NCBI RefSeq assembly: GCF_001194135.2
Contig: NC_068987.1
Location: forward strand, 5,843,284 to 5,907,283
Length of the DNA stretch: 64,000 nt
Reading direction: 5' to 3'
Origin: Octopus bimaculoides
Taxonomy: Eukaryota
The notes below the pieces were generated by a model. It was not told where the DNA came from. It worked only from the letters and a program-made list of their open reading frames with translations, and did no database searches. Within the stretch, counting starts at the first letter, position 1, and the number at the start of each line of letters is the position of its first letter. The position numbers and the translations under genes are program-made. Positions 39,301 through 52,346 of this stretch are shown here, piece by piece.

Positions 39301-40097
39301 TATTAGATACTTTAAGTTTAGCAATTATTTCACATGTAACAAAAGACTAAAAATATTAAAAGAAGAAAAAACATGGTTCCTTTTTGTTTAAACATCAATT
39401 TTTGTGGAAGAAGATCATAAATGTCCTCATGGTTCCAAACAGCCTTGGTTTTGTTCTCATTAAATTAACGTATAAATGCTCATTGAAGACAGATATATCT
39501 TTTTGGTATAGATATTCGGCTGTGGCTGCTGTTTTGGGGATCCTTAGGAAAACTCCAGGATATTTTTCGCACTACGTTTTCGTACACAATCCATTTTTCA
39601 TCTCTAGTCACAGGTTGTTTGGAAAATGTATGCTTTCATTCCTTTTCAAAAGCATATTTCAAACGGAATACCAGTCTAAGCAATTCTTTTCTGAGAGTTT
39701 GTGAGGGATCCATTCTTTACAGCGAGAACTGTATCTAAGTTTCACTAGGCGTTCATGAGCCATAGTTTGAGAAACTTCCAACTCCTCTGCAAGTTCTAAT
39801 ATTTGAGTTTTCTTCGATGTTTGCCTTCAAAACATCTTCATCCAATTTTGAAGGTCTTCCACTGCGACTGTCATCTTCCGAGCTAAACTCTCCAGCTTTA
39901 AATTTTGCAAACCACCTTCGAACAGTTGATTCACCTGCAGAATCTTCACCATAAACTTTACAGATGTTTTTACAAGTCTTCGCAGTATTTCCTTCTTTTT
40001 TAAAAAAGAAAGTATTACAGCGCGAATATGAAATCTTTGGTTTTCCATTTCAAATGTCAATAAAGGGTAACCGGAATGAAAAATAAATCTGTTTTTA
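39301..40097 (-). mobile_element. Decayed, internally deleted mariner (Tc1/mariner) element; transposase pseudogene from ATG at 40048
   Basis: Frameshifted translation MENQRFHIRAVIL..GNTAKTCKNICKVYGEDSAGESTVRRWFAKFKAGEFSSEDDSRSGRP..WIPHKLSEKN..VTRDEKWIVYENV (HTH, WVPHEL-like and TGDEKW-like motifs); the 5' end falls in a gap. Confidence 0.92.
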
Positions 40098-42411
40098 NNN
40101 NNNNNNNNNNNNNNNNNNNNNNNNNNNNNNNNNNNNNNNNNNNNNNNNNNNNNNNNNNNNNNNNNNNNNNNNNNNNNNNNNNNNNNNNNNNNNNNNNNNN
40201 NNNNNNNNNNNNNNNNNNNNNNNNNNNNNNNNNNNNNNNNNNNNNNNNNNNNNNNNNNNNNNNNNNNNNNNNNNNNNNNNNNNNNNNNNNNNNNNNNNNN
40301 NNNNNNNNNNNNNNNNNNNNNNNNNNNNNNNNNNNNNNNNNNNNNNNNNNNNNNNNNNNNNNNNNNNNNNNNNNNNNNNNNNNNNNNNNNNNNNNNNNNN
40401 NNNNNNNNNNNNNNNNNNNNNNNNNNNNNNNNNNNNNNNNNNNNNNNNNNNNNNNNNNNNNNNNNNNNNNNNNNNNNNNNNNNNNNNNNNNNNNNNNNNN
40501 NNNNNNNNNNNNNNNNNNNNNNNNNNNNNNNNNNNNNNNNNNNNNNNNNNNNNNNNNNNNNNNNNNNNNNNNNNNNNNNNNNNNNNNNNNNNNNNNNNNN
40601 NNNNNNNNNNNNNNNNNNNNNNNNNNNNNNNNNNNNNNNNATATATATATATATATATATATATAGATAGATAGATATATGTATATATGTGCTTAATTAT
40701 ACAGAACAATTGCAAATATGTACAAACATATTAAAGTTTACTCTCAAACATTCACACGCATACACTCACATGCATATACACACTATCTATCTCTGTCTCG
40801 CATACATACACACACACACACATACACACATACACACAAACACACTCACACACAGAAATATGTAGGCTCGTATGTATAAATATTCACAAACATATTTATA
40901 AGCAGGCAGTTATTTATGTAAATAACTTTACACATATAGCGACTCAAAAATAAATCCCACGATCAAAATTCTCTGTGACTTTACATTCACCGCATTTGCG
41001 TGTTATGTCTATTTAAATCAACCACTAAGAAATTCAGCGTGTACGAATCGTCATCAGAATGGAAACAACGAAGCAAAAACCGAAAGTATTTAATCAATGT
41101 TTATAGACATTTCCTCTTAAAATCTCTCAAGCTGTCATCAGTTATTCACCAAATAGTTTTATTCAGCGAGTGGAAGACAAACACCGCCATTTTTGATGCA
41201 ACGTATCTGCTTTTTAATACTAGTCGCAAATACAAATCTTTTAGTTGAACCATCGTCTGAAATGTCCAGACGGTCTCAACTGACTCGTATTGAAATCTTA
41301 GATAACTGAAAATTCTCAAGATGAAAGCGAGAAAGTTTACGCTGAAGTTTACCGCTCAGCGTTGATAGCTTTATTTGTATACGTGGAGTAACGATTTACG
41401 TTTTATATATTTAGTTGCCAGTTTGTTGTCACCATCATTTTTCTCCTGAACAGTGCACCAGAACACATGCTACGTATCTCTTTGAAATTCGGCTAGTCAA
41501 ATACATGCAATACATTTATCTCCGTTTATCACGGCTGTTTTATTCAATCAGTGATAAATGAGTCGCCTTCATTCACGTTCTAAATTGAACGAATAGTAGA
41601 TTTATTGGCAACAAACTTGCGTCAAACATTTTCTTGATAGTCTTTTAACGTTTCCTAGATACAGCACACTCGTCTGCGTCGTTTGGTAGGAACAGGCACC
41701 TTTTTTCTACTCACTGGTCCCATGATGGTGCGTGTGATTTTATAAATTTGTATAAGGAAATACGCAGCCTTGCTTTAGGGTTACATAAACGCAAGCGATA
41801 GTGAATACATTTTGGATAGCCGAGCATTTTGGGTGCGACTTTGCTGTACCACCAGAATCTTTGCCAAAATCGTCTTTCCGTGTTGTCGTTGACACAACAA
41901 CATGTTTATTTTTATCAAGTGGTACCGTACCACCTACAAGTTTCAAGTAAATTTTTATCAAATTCTTTAGAGAAATCAACCCTCGAAAGGATGTGCCCAT
42001 ATTTTTCGTAAGCTCATCATTACGTATGTATTTGAATAATGGATAGGCCAAATAATAGATGATACAACTGTTGTGCAAATTCTAAATAATATCTAGTAAG
42101 ATTTCAAAAAGTAATTAAAACTATAACATGATATATAAGAAGAATGTAATGGAACGAGATACTGGAATATTTCTGATCCAAATGGAAAAACAAAATTCTG
42201 AATGACACAATTCTTAAAAATGGTCTAGAATGATATATGTCAAAAATAATGGTAGAGGAATATTCAAAAGAAGATCGATAAATTTCGCAGAAGCTCCGCC
42301 TGTTGTGATTCACAAATATAAATAGCTTTTTTTATGTTTATGGACCTATAAGTGACAGCGGAGACGAAGGAATTTAGTCTCTGTTACCCCTCCCCGCATA
42401 CAAGCACGGAC

Positions 42412-42452
<41 letters not shown>

Positions 42453-42839
42453 GTGTGCGCGCGCGTGCATGTATATATATCTACGTTATTACACATATGC
42501 ATTCTTGATCATATATACACATTCGGATACACACAAGGAGGAACACTGGCCACTAAAACAATTCATTTGGCCATATTTTTACTGCCCCCCCCCACCACAT
42601 TATAGAAGACCATTACCGTCAAAATGTATCCTTATACGGCACAGTACATGCATCCATTCATAGAACAGAACAGCTGCTAGATTTACAAGCAACGCAGCCC
42701 AGCCTCCAAGCGTCACTGCCTTCTTAATCACTCCGTGATTTTTTTTTCTCATATTATCATTTTTGCTTTTGTGTTTTGATAGCTTGCCAAAGAATTTTCT
42801 GTTATCTTCAGAAACAACATTTCTCACCCTAGATGACTC

Positions 42840-43400
42840 CGTGCGTTCTATATTTTCTGACCCGTTCTATCGAACTCCACATTGCACTAATTCGACATCC
42901 CCCCACCCAAGTTCCTTCTTTGCGCGCCAGTCTGCTTCCTACGTTGAAGAAGCAGATCCAGTCACTACGAATCAACAAACCTAAATATTCGGGAAAAAAA
43001 AACAAATAAAATATTCTTCGATTAAACCCAAAGCGTACACTGCAAATCGAACCCTATGCGAGCGAAATACTTCAGTGATTTCAAACTTGGTGTATCGTAT
43101 CCAACCTCCCAAAGAAGTCAACTTTTGATTTCTTTTAAATGGCTGCTTATCACTCTCACTTGAAACATCAAAAAGGAGATGTGAAGCGCTGTATGTCCAT
43201 GTCCTCCTGAGTGACCGCTTATACTCATACAATAAAGCCAGACTTACTGTTTTCCAGTGGTCTTTTGCCAAAGACGTATTTACCTTTATGGTCGGAAGAC
43301 ACAAGTCTAAACAGATAATTCAATCCTCCACTGTCAGAGATGTTGTCAAATTTTTAATTAATAAATAATTATTTATTATAGAAATATTAATATTTCTAAG
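42840..43400 (+). mobile_element. Penelope-like element relic (GIY-YIG region plus 3' end)
   Basis: Translation ..CERNTSVISNLVYRIQ.. (43081-43104) resembles the C.S.NLIY.I.C lead-in to GIY-YIG; 43331-43388 recurs inverted at 46848-46897. Confidence 0.45.
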
Positions 43401-43567
43401 TCTCTCTAAAGGAGACTACGGCAGCGGTACTGGATATTAATAGTTATCACCAAGCCATCATGGCAGTTCAAAAAATAGGACGAATGCTGCCGTTGATAAT
43501 CTCCAAGAGGCAATCGCCTCGCCTCTATCTAGGTATGTGGCACGCATCTCTCCATTTTCTTATCTTC

Positions 43568-43629
<62 letters not shown>

Positions 43630-43631
<2 letters not shown>

Positions 43632-43680
43632 CGGGCTTCTTTCAGTTTCTGTCTAGCAATTCCACTCACAAGGCTTTGTG
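43630..43680 (-). mobile_element. SINE family B fragment
   Basis: gacgggcttctttcagtttctgtctagcaattccactcacaaggctttg. Confidence 0.75.
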
Positions 43681-43768
43681 AGAGCAACGCCATCCCAATA
43701 TTCGATTGTAGATGTTTAACATTTGTTAAGAATCATAAACCCTGTGTAGAGAATTAACTGAAGTACAA

Positions 43769-44088
43769 TGGCCCTCCGTTGATTACTACGACGAGAGTTC
43801 CAGTTGATCCGATCAACGGTACAAACTGTTCGTAAAATTAACTTACAATTTGCTGAGCTATCCACAGACAAATGTACCCTTAACGTAGACCTCAGGGAGA
43901 TTCAATGTGATACAGAAGGTGGCATGCCTGGCCCTTTTTAATTCCAGGTACAACTCATTTTTCCCAGCTAAGTGGACTGGAACAACGTGAAATAAAATTT
44001 CATGCTGAAGGACACAACGCGCCAATAAGAATCGAACCTACGACTTCCCAATCGTGAGTCGACTACCCTTAGCACTCATGGATGCACT
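43769..44088 (-). mobile_element. SINE with family D head/core and family C tail
   Basis: Reverse complement of the 37007-37258 type, with head aatcgaacctacgac..atcgtgagtcga. Confidence 0.82.
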
Positions 44089-44334
44089 TCACCAGCTGAA
44101 GATTATTTTACCCCTGAGAACTCAGATGCATCTAAAAGGTGTCTGTGGTTGGGATGATTGTCTAAAACTCAACAACACGGTGAGTACAAGCAACAGACAT
44201 CTTTGTTCGTTGTCTGTCCCTAAAACAGCCGTCACTGCTACTCAGAATCCTTTTCATCCTTTATCGGATAATGAGGATTATAAAACTCGCGTCCAGCTTT
44301 CCATTGAAATGAGCAGAAGAGTGGGCAAATTGTT

Positions 44335-44472
44335 TAGGTCGATCCCAATGCTCAACGAAAGAATGAAAGGCAAAATCGACCTCAGCGGCATTTGAGCTCA
44401 GAACATGAAGACGGACGAGACACAGCTAAGCATATTGCCCCGCGTGCTAAAGATTCTGCCAGCTCGCCGCCC
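44335..44472 (-). mobile_element. SINE family A, 5' part
   Basis: gaatgaaaggcaaaatcgacctcagcggcatttgagctcagaac..attctgccagctcgccgcc. Confidence 0.82.
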
Positions 44473-45086
44473 GAGACGAACCCACCTCTATGGTTTCAAA
44501 TGTTCTCTTGTAATAGAAATAGAAATACAAATATATGTTTAAATGTCACTTTAGATGTTTCCAACATGGATTAATCTAACAATAAACAATCAGATTAGCG
44601 AGAAAACTAAAACAAATCAACAGCTGATATTCTTTTTTTCTCTGTCTCCTAGTTTCCTTCTTTTTCTTCGACTACTTCATTGGCTTTAGAGAAAACTAAC
44701 AAAGCTGCAGAGCACTCCACTTTTAATATTACGCGTAGGAAAGATGGAGGACGTTAGCAAAAGGACAAACGAAGTAAAAAGATGATGGAAATGATAGATA
44801 TGTGAAGGCGATGTGGATGGCATTGTGGGAAGGGGATTAGAATGAGGTTGAACACACTTTATCACGATGATGCTAATCTTGTTGCGGCTGCTGCTGCTGG
44901 TGGTGATGAATACGTATTAGTAATGATGATGATGATGATGATGATGATGATGGTGAAGTACGTAAACGGAAAGCAATGCGGAGGCGGATGTGAATAATGA
45001 AAAAAAAAAGAGTTAGTACAAAAAGACGAAACAAAAAAAAAACAAAAAGCAAGGGTTATATAAAGATATAAAGATGCATAAAGAAG

Positions 45087-45132
45087 CATGAAGAAGAAGA
45101 AGAAGAAGAAGAAGAAGAAGAAGAAGAAGAAG
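45087..45132 (+). repeat. (GAA)n microsatellite
   Basis: Direct reading. Confidence 0.95.
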
Positions 45133-45622
45133 AGTAAAAAACAAGCGAAGCAAATTAAATAAAAATAAATGCACAGTAAAACAAAAATGAAAACAAAATT
45201 GAAGTAAAGTAGNNNNNNNNNNNNNNNNNNNNNNNNNNNNNNNNNNNNNNNNNNNNNNNNNNNNNNNNNNNNNNNNNNNNNNNNNNNNNNNNNNNNNNNN
45301 NNNNNNNNNNNNNNNNNNNNNNNNNNNNNNNNNNNNNNNNNNNNNNNNNNNNNNNNNNNNNNNNNNNNNNNNNNNNNNNNNNNNNNNNNNNNNNNNNNNN
45401 NNNNNNNNNNNNNNNNNNNNNNNNNNNNNNNNNNNNNNNNNNNNNNNNNNNNNNNNNNNNNNNNNNNNNNNNNNNNNNNNNNNNNNNNNNNNNNNNNNNN
45501 NNNNNNNNNNNNNNNNNNNNNNNNNNNNNNNNNNNNNNNNNNNNNNNNNNNNNNNNNNNNNNNNNNNNNNNNNNNNNNNNNNNNNNNNNNNNNNNNNNNN
45601 NNNNNNNNNNNNNNNNNNNNNN

Positions 45623-45925
45623 ATCATCATCGTCATCATATCATCATCATGATCATCATGATCATCTACCATCATCATCATCATCGTCATCATCACCATC
45701 ATCCACCGTCAACATCATCATCGTCATCATCATTGTCATTATCATCGTCATCACCTACCATCATCATCATCATCATCATCATCATCCTCATCATCATCAT
45801 CATCATCATCATCACCATCATCGTCATCACCATCATCATCGTCATCATCGTCATCACCATCATCATCACCATCATCGTTATCACCATCATCATCGTCATC
45901 ATCGTCATCATCATCATCATCATCC

Positions 45926-45969
<44 letters not shown>
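45623..45969 (+). repeat. Degenerate (CAT)n tract with CGT/CAC/CCT interruptions
   Basis: Direct reading; source of the poly-I/H/M ORFs. Confidence 0.95.
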
Positions 45970-45970
<1 letters not shown>

Positions 45971-46331
45971 ATAATATTTTCAGTAGTCGTAATAACGAAA
46001 GTAAAACGATAGTCCTTCCAACCATTGTCTATTGTTTGGCTTCACAAGAACTTTAACATCGCTAACAAAATTCCACTTGAAAACCTCCCCCCCTCCTCTC
46101 CAATAATATCCGCCATATCACTTCTGTTATTGTCTCCCCAAACTTCTCTTTGTATTTCTATATTGTCATTTCTATTCTCATATTTCATGCTCTTCTAGAA
46201 AGTCATGTGCTGCTTCTTTTACTTTCCCAAACGGAAGCATGTACATGTTTAATACGAACAGGTTTATATTTTCAAGAAGAACATCTTTCAGAACAAAATA
46301 TTTCAACATATGCTAAAAATAGACTTGGAAA

Positions 46332-46484
46332 ATGCGTGTTTGGTAAGAAACTTGCTTCCCAACCGCATGGTTTCGCGTTCAGTACCACTGCTCTGCACAT
46401 TGAGCAACTGTTCTCTGATATAGCCTTGGGCCGACCAAAGTCTTGTGAGTGGATTTGCTAGACAGAAACTGAAAGAAGCTCATC
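46332..46484 (+). mobile_element. SINE family B head
   Basis: tggtaagaaacttgcttcccaaccgcatgg..atagccttgggccgaccaaagtcttgtgagtggatttg. Confidence 0.85.
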
Positions 46485-46579
46485 ATACACACAGATATAT
46501 ATATTAATACATAATTAGGTTAAATGATTTATCAGTGGCCAGCATACTAAAAATACCATAATGGTTAATTTATATTAAA

Positions 46580-46810
46580 ATTATAATAAGGCTGTTGATG
46601 ATTACAACACCAGTCTGCTAGAAATAAACTCCAAAAGGTATTTGAACCACTTAGATTATGACTCCACTCCACAAGGTTTATAAATCCTCGCTGTATATTT
46701 TCCTCACTTACAACCTTGTGCAGTGGAGTAATAATCTAAGTGGTTCATAAACCTTTTAGGTCTATTTCTAGCATACTGATGTTGTAATCATTCAACACCC
46801 TTATTATAAT
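46580..46810. repeat. Foldback hairpin, arms of about 99 bp (46580-46678, 46712-46810), 33-nt loop
   Basis: attataataaggctgttga..actccactccacaaggtt pairs with aaccttgtgcagtggagt..caacacccttattataat, roughly 85-90% identical by eye. Confidence 0.9.
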
Positions 46811-47090
46811 TATATATATATCAGGAGATTAAAAAATAGAGAGTTAATTAATAAATAATTATTTATTAATTAAAAATTTGACAAAATCTCTGACAGTTGC
46901 TTCAGAAATTGAAACAGCTGTCAGAGATGTCAAATTTTTCTTATCTTTAAGTATATAAATAACCACAATTTATCTAGTTATCTTGCAGTTGAATATTAAT
47001 TGTAGTATTCAACACTTTTTGAATAGGTAACTAACCAGTATTTTCATTGAATATTTTAATTCCTTAATGAGGTTTATAATCTTTATTTGA

Positions 47091-47153
<63 letters not shown>

Positions 47154-47319
47154 GGAGTAAGCACATGCAATGTGCAACAAGGTGGAAAAAAGAGTACTCA
47201 AATACCAGAGGTAGAGTAATATGCTTTATTTAGATGTTCTAACAAAACTGTCCGATGAACGGGAACGTGAAACTCAGAGTAACGGTTTTTTTGTTATATT
47301 TCTGCTGCTTTTAAATAAA

Positions 47320-47359
<40 letters not shown>

Positions 47360-47472
47360 GTGTAGGTATTTATGTGTGCGCGTGTGTATGTATGTATATC
47401 TATATATCTATATATACATGTGTGTGTTTGTCTGTATGCGTGTGTATGTGCATGTGTGTGTGTTTGCCTGTA

Positions 47473-47515
<43 letters not shown>

Positions 47516-47559
47516 ATGTGGTTGTGTGTCTGTGTGTGTGTCTTCATGCCAGTGTTTGG

Positions 47560-47742
47560 CGCTTGTGTAACACCACGTAGCGCTCCTGTAAATTAGCGGT
47601 TCGGCAAAAGTGAGCGATAGAATAAGTACCAGCTTTTTTTAAAAAGAAAAAAGAAAAATTCCTATAGTCGCTTCGCCTGACTAAACTATTTGAAGATGGT
47701 GCTCCAGCATGGCTCCAGTGTAATGAGTGAAATCAATTAAAA
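47560..47742 (+). mobile_element. SINE family B tail downstream of a (TG)n tract
   Basis: ttagcggttcggcaaaag..gatagaataagtacc..ggtgctccagcatggc. Confidence 0.75.
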
Positions 47743-49861
47743 AGCAAGATGCGTAGTTTTTTGTTTTCCTTTTCGTCATCCAAGAAATACCGAGTTAGAT
47801 TATTGATTACCTTTTGTTATTAACCCGTAAACGGTGGACATCATTAATTGAGGCTTCAAAAGATTTTACATGGCTACAGCCATTATCAAAAGAATGCGAA
47901 TATTTTACGGAACGTTCTCATAATAAGATTGTAAATTTTCTTGTGCTAGAGACTAACAATTATTATAGTCTTTGTACATATTCAAAGTGAAAATTAGAAT
48001 AAACAGTTTTTTTTTAAAGAAGAGATATATATCGTCTTTCTTTTTCTTCTTTTTTGTTGTATTTTGTCCGTTTGGCACACATATTAATGTAACTCTTTCA
48101 CGCAATTTAAGGGTTAAAGATCTGTAGCTGAAAACACGTTGCAGAAAATATGCCTAGAACTTTCTAATTGAAGATACTGTCATCGATTGAGTACTGAATA
48201 CTTAACAGGTAAAAGGTGTGAATCGTTTCTTAAGATCCAGGTGCATTTCAACCCCCTAAACCAATTCTTATGTGTGTGTGTGTGTATGTGTGTGTGTGTG
48301 TGAGTGTAATAATTCATCGTTTAAGAAACGACTCGGTACAACAGTTAGCGTTCTTGTAACAATGTGTTTATTATCGGTCAATGTAGAGAAAAATGGTACG
48401 TTGAATATTGTTAATCTGAAGTTGTAAAAGTAAAGTTATTTTAAGCTGACTCAAGTCATTAGTTTATATTATTAATTTTTTTATTTACCTTCGTCGTTTC
48501 TCAATGTAATTACTTTTAATTAAATTTCGTTATAAATTTGTCTTTTCGATCTTATCTTCTATATTAAATTTTGGTTGAAGTACTGTCGATATTTTGAAGT
48601 TTCACCGTCATATATGATTATAACTTAATCCATTTTTCTGCATACGTAATCTTGAGTTGTTCAATGTAATTTATTATGTTTTGTAATTATCTTTTTACAC
48701 GTGACCTCTCGCAATACTTCATTGAGCTATTTTAATGACGTCTCTTCTAAAATTTTCTCTGACGTTCGCCAGTCATAACCAATTAGTCTGTTATATATTA
48801 TTGTGTCTCCACGTAATTTCAATGTACCACTCACCTCTGAGATATTCTTATGACTGTGAGATCGTTCACTTCATTTTTTTCATTATACTTTTCTTTTATT
48901 CTTAACTATATGGAGCAGAATTCAGTATGTCTGAGGAAGTCGTCTCCAACGATTATGCCTGTATTTATGAGGCTTGTAACCACTGCAGTAACGTCGTATA
49001 TATTTGTTTGCGAGAGTCATTCATATTGGTCTAGCTATTTGGGGCAGGGTGGACTCCAAGTTACACCAAGCAGCTCTTTATTTTGGGGATCTAATTTGCA
49101 GATTTCTCTGCTCACGATGGAAGGTGTGCGACTTTGCAAGGATGTAACGCATCAAGGTGGTATTTGAACCTAATTGGTATATCTTATTGACTCCGAAACA
49201 GTGACAATAAAAAGTAATCCCGACAGTATTTAATCTCAAAGCACAGAGATTCAGAACAATGCCACCAGATATTCTTTCGGGCATTCAAACGATTTGCTGG
49301 AATATGCCTGAATTGATAGATTATGCAGTGTCACCTGATGTCGTCAGATGATGTAATGGTTCATTTGTTGATCTCATCCTTTGAGAAGCAGAAATCTTAA
49401 GCAGATACGAGATCACAGCAATTTCATGCTAAAGTATGCGATGGCAACTCTGTCGATGTATATTTATTTCCAGTGTAAACGGAGCGTGCGATATTAGAAC
49501 CAATATAATATAAGTACCCATAGCTGACTTCAACGTTATACACATTAAAGAGTTTATACTACAAATGGATGTCTTGGAAAATCTGTCTCATCAGGTACAG
49601 GAATATTCCAGCTTCGTAAGTGAGTACATCTTTCTGAAAGGAGGATTGTATCAGATTGCCTTTCTTTTTCTGACTCCCTTTAGGTTTGTGGGTTGAGTGA
49701 GGCAACATATACACAAACTTTATTATTATTAGTCCTTCGTAACACAGTGGAGGTAAAAATGCACCGGAGTCTTTAGTCGTCTATCAAGTCACAACAAGGA
49801 CTTCAGACAGATAATTCTTTCCTTAAGATGTGCGCTGTGCCCAATAAGGCTGAAGTGTGTG

Positions 49862-49980
49862 ACGCTTACAGCACCTACGTTTCCCAAGCGGTCACCCATC
49901 TAAGTACTCACTACGCTTGATGCTGCTTAACGTCGGTGATTTGACGAGAACCGGATCTTTGAACGTGATGTGGCCGTTTA
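49862..49980 (-). pseudogene. 5S: Full-length 5S rRNA-derived copy (pseudogene or SINE head)
   Basis: Minus strand TAAACGGCCACATCACGTTCAAAGATCCGGTTCTCGTCAAATCACCGACGTTAAGCAGCATCAAGCGTAGTGAGTACTTAGATGGGTGACCGCTTGGGAAACGTAGGTGCTGTAAGCG aligns end to end with metazoan 5S rRNA; box A, IE and box C are recognisable; no oligo-T terminator directly after. Confidence 0.9.
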
Positions 49981-51079
49981 TTATCATTATTATTAGCGTT
50001 ACATAATTTCAGAAACTTGAAAGCATATTTCTGAAAATTCTGTTTTCGGGAGTTCCTATGCGCATCCGTCAATAATAGACTAGAGTGGATTTCTTTTACG
50101 CAATGTTTTTCATAAATATTGTAATGTGTAACGTGAAAATGAAATTGCATCTATGCTATCTATTCTTTACTTGGTAAATAAAGGGGGAAAAACGTTATAA
50201 ATTTGTAGTTTCGGTTCTTGCATGTTGATGGAACATGGTATACAATGTTTATTAAATGTGATACTTTGCTTTCATTAACGTGATATACATTTTTTTATAT
50301 TTATTATTTAGATATATAGTCTTTATTAACAATGACAGCATTTCTATAATTTTATTAAGTTGACATGGATACATAACCTTTACGATTAAACTCTAATTCT
50401 ATTGTTTGAAGAGTTAACAATTAATAAAATAGAGACGTCCATATGTAACCACATGCAAACTATGTACAATATACGACCTGCCATATGAAACATAATTACA
50501 AACACACAAAGCGAAATCATGGAAAACATTCAGTAATGAAAATTTACGAGTAAATGCGTAATATAAATATGAATTTCAAATTAAATTTGATTTCATTTCG
50601 TTAATATTTTGTATGGGGTTTCTAGATAGGATAATTTTTCTCTTCGGTGTGTTTTATTTGGTAATTTCGCTTCAAATCAGACAATATAAAATAGAGATTA
50701 CACGACAATGCATTCCCATTTACATTATCATAATATGATCCAAAGAATTTATTAAAACCAGAGGGATATATCAAATCATATGTAATATATTTTAAAGTGT
50801 CGCCAATGCTTTTAGATTTCCAATTTACTCTAAAAACAAGAATAAAATAGACATTTATTTTCCATAATATAAACTAAACTGAATTGATGAAATAAATGTT
50901 CTGCTAAACAACTATTACCACTACGCTTATAACAGACTGTTATCTGCTATTCTACCATCATCCCGCTGCAACTACATCTTCAATAGTTCTATGACTCTTA
51001 TTCTGAGCAGCAGCTTCTCCCTCTTTTCTCCTTTTTATTCGTGATCTGTGCTTTCGACGGAGCAACGTTATTTCAGTCG

Positions 51080-51473
51080 AAGGCGGCGAGCTGGCAGAAA
51101 CGTTAGCACGCCGGGCAAAACGCTTAGTGGTATTTCGTCTGTCTGTATGTTCAAATTCCGCCCAGGTCGACTTTGCCTTTCATCCTTTCGGGGTCGATAA
51201 ATTAAGTACCAGTTACGCACTGGGGTCGATGTAATCGACTTAATCCGTTCGTCTGTTCTTGTTTGTTCCCTCTATGTTTAGCCCCTTGTGGGCAATAACG
51301 AAATAGGTATTTCGTCTGTCTGTATGTTCGGAGTTCAAATTCCGCCGAGGTCGACTTTGTCTTTCATCCTTTCGGGATCGATAAATTAAGTAGTAGTTGC
51401 GTACTGGGGTCGATCTAATCGACTGGCCCTTCCCCCAAATTTCGGGCCTTGTGCCTAGAGTAGAAAAGAATAT
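51080..51473 (+). mobile_element. SINE family A dimer (51080-51305 plus truncated monomer 51306-51473)
   Basis: Near-consensus head aaggcggcgagctggcagaaacgttagcacgccggg; two successive cores with different tails. Confidence 0.93.
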
Positions 51474-51484
51474 TATCTCAATTG

Positions 51485-51640
51485 AAGGCGCATGGCTTAG
51501 TGGTTTGGGTATTCGGCTCACCATCGTAAGGTCGTGAGTTCGATTCCCGGTAGCACATCTTGTCCTTGTGCAAGACACTTTATTTCACCTTGCTCCACTC
51601 CACTCAATTTACACAAATGAGCTGGAACTGTATCTCAAAC
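51485..51640 (+). mobile_element. SINE family D head/core
   Basis: aaggcgcatggcttagtggtttggg..gtcgtgagttcgattcccgg..tgtccttgtgcaagacactttatttcac (tRNA A/B boxes; the core recalls the MetaSINE-type domain, unverified). Confidence 0.85.
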
Positions 51641-51757
51641 TGTATTATTATTATTATCATCATTATTATTTTCATTAGCATCTTCTTTCAGTTGTGTATC
51701 CATTTTTGCCGAGTGTCTTCCGGAGACCTAGGACAGAAAAACATACTGCATGCATTT

Positions 51758-51806
<49 letters not shown>

Positions 51807-52249
51807 CATATTTTCACTACTAAACATATAATGGATGTAATACTCTGGTCACAGTTACTATGTCAACAAACAGAAATCTGTTAATCCAAAGAGATTAATT
51901 TCTATAAACACAGTTAATCCTCTCGTTTACGATTTCCTTCATAATATCAGCTGACTTTACTTCCGTTATTCATTTTGTTAGTCTCTTTCTGTATTATTCA
52001 TTCATTAGTATTCTTCACTTTCAAAAGAATTAACCGTCTTTCTTGTATTAAGTATTTCGCCAACGTGAGCCTCGAGAAAGATTCTGGAAATATTCTAGAA
52101 TTTTCAAAGTGAACCGATCAATTTAAACTCTATCTTAGCAATTAATCTGTACATCTGCTGGTTTCCCGAACAAATGGACATACGTAAATTCCGCCTTTTT
52201 CGCCATGGAATAAGAAAAACTAACGCAATCTTAAATAGCCTTACACAAC

Positions 52250-52257
52250 TCATATAT

Positions 52258-52346
<89 letters not shown>

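Noticed and set aside
43248-43306. Minus-strand exon-like 59 nt (LVSSDHKGKYVFGKRPLEN) with a possible amidation signal GKR
   Set aside because: It lies within the apparent Penelope-like relic whose adjacent end recurs at 46848; most likely repeat-derived.
43412-43532. Plus-strand open segment ending at TAG|gtatgt
   Set aside because: Two alternative acceptors and frames, neither recognisable.
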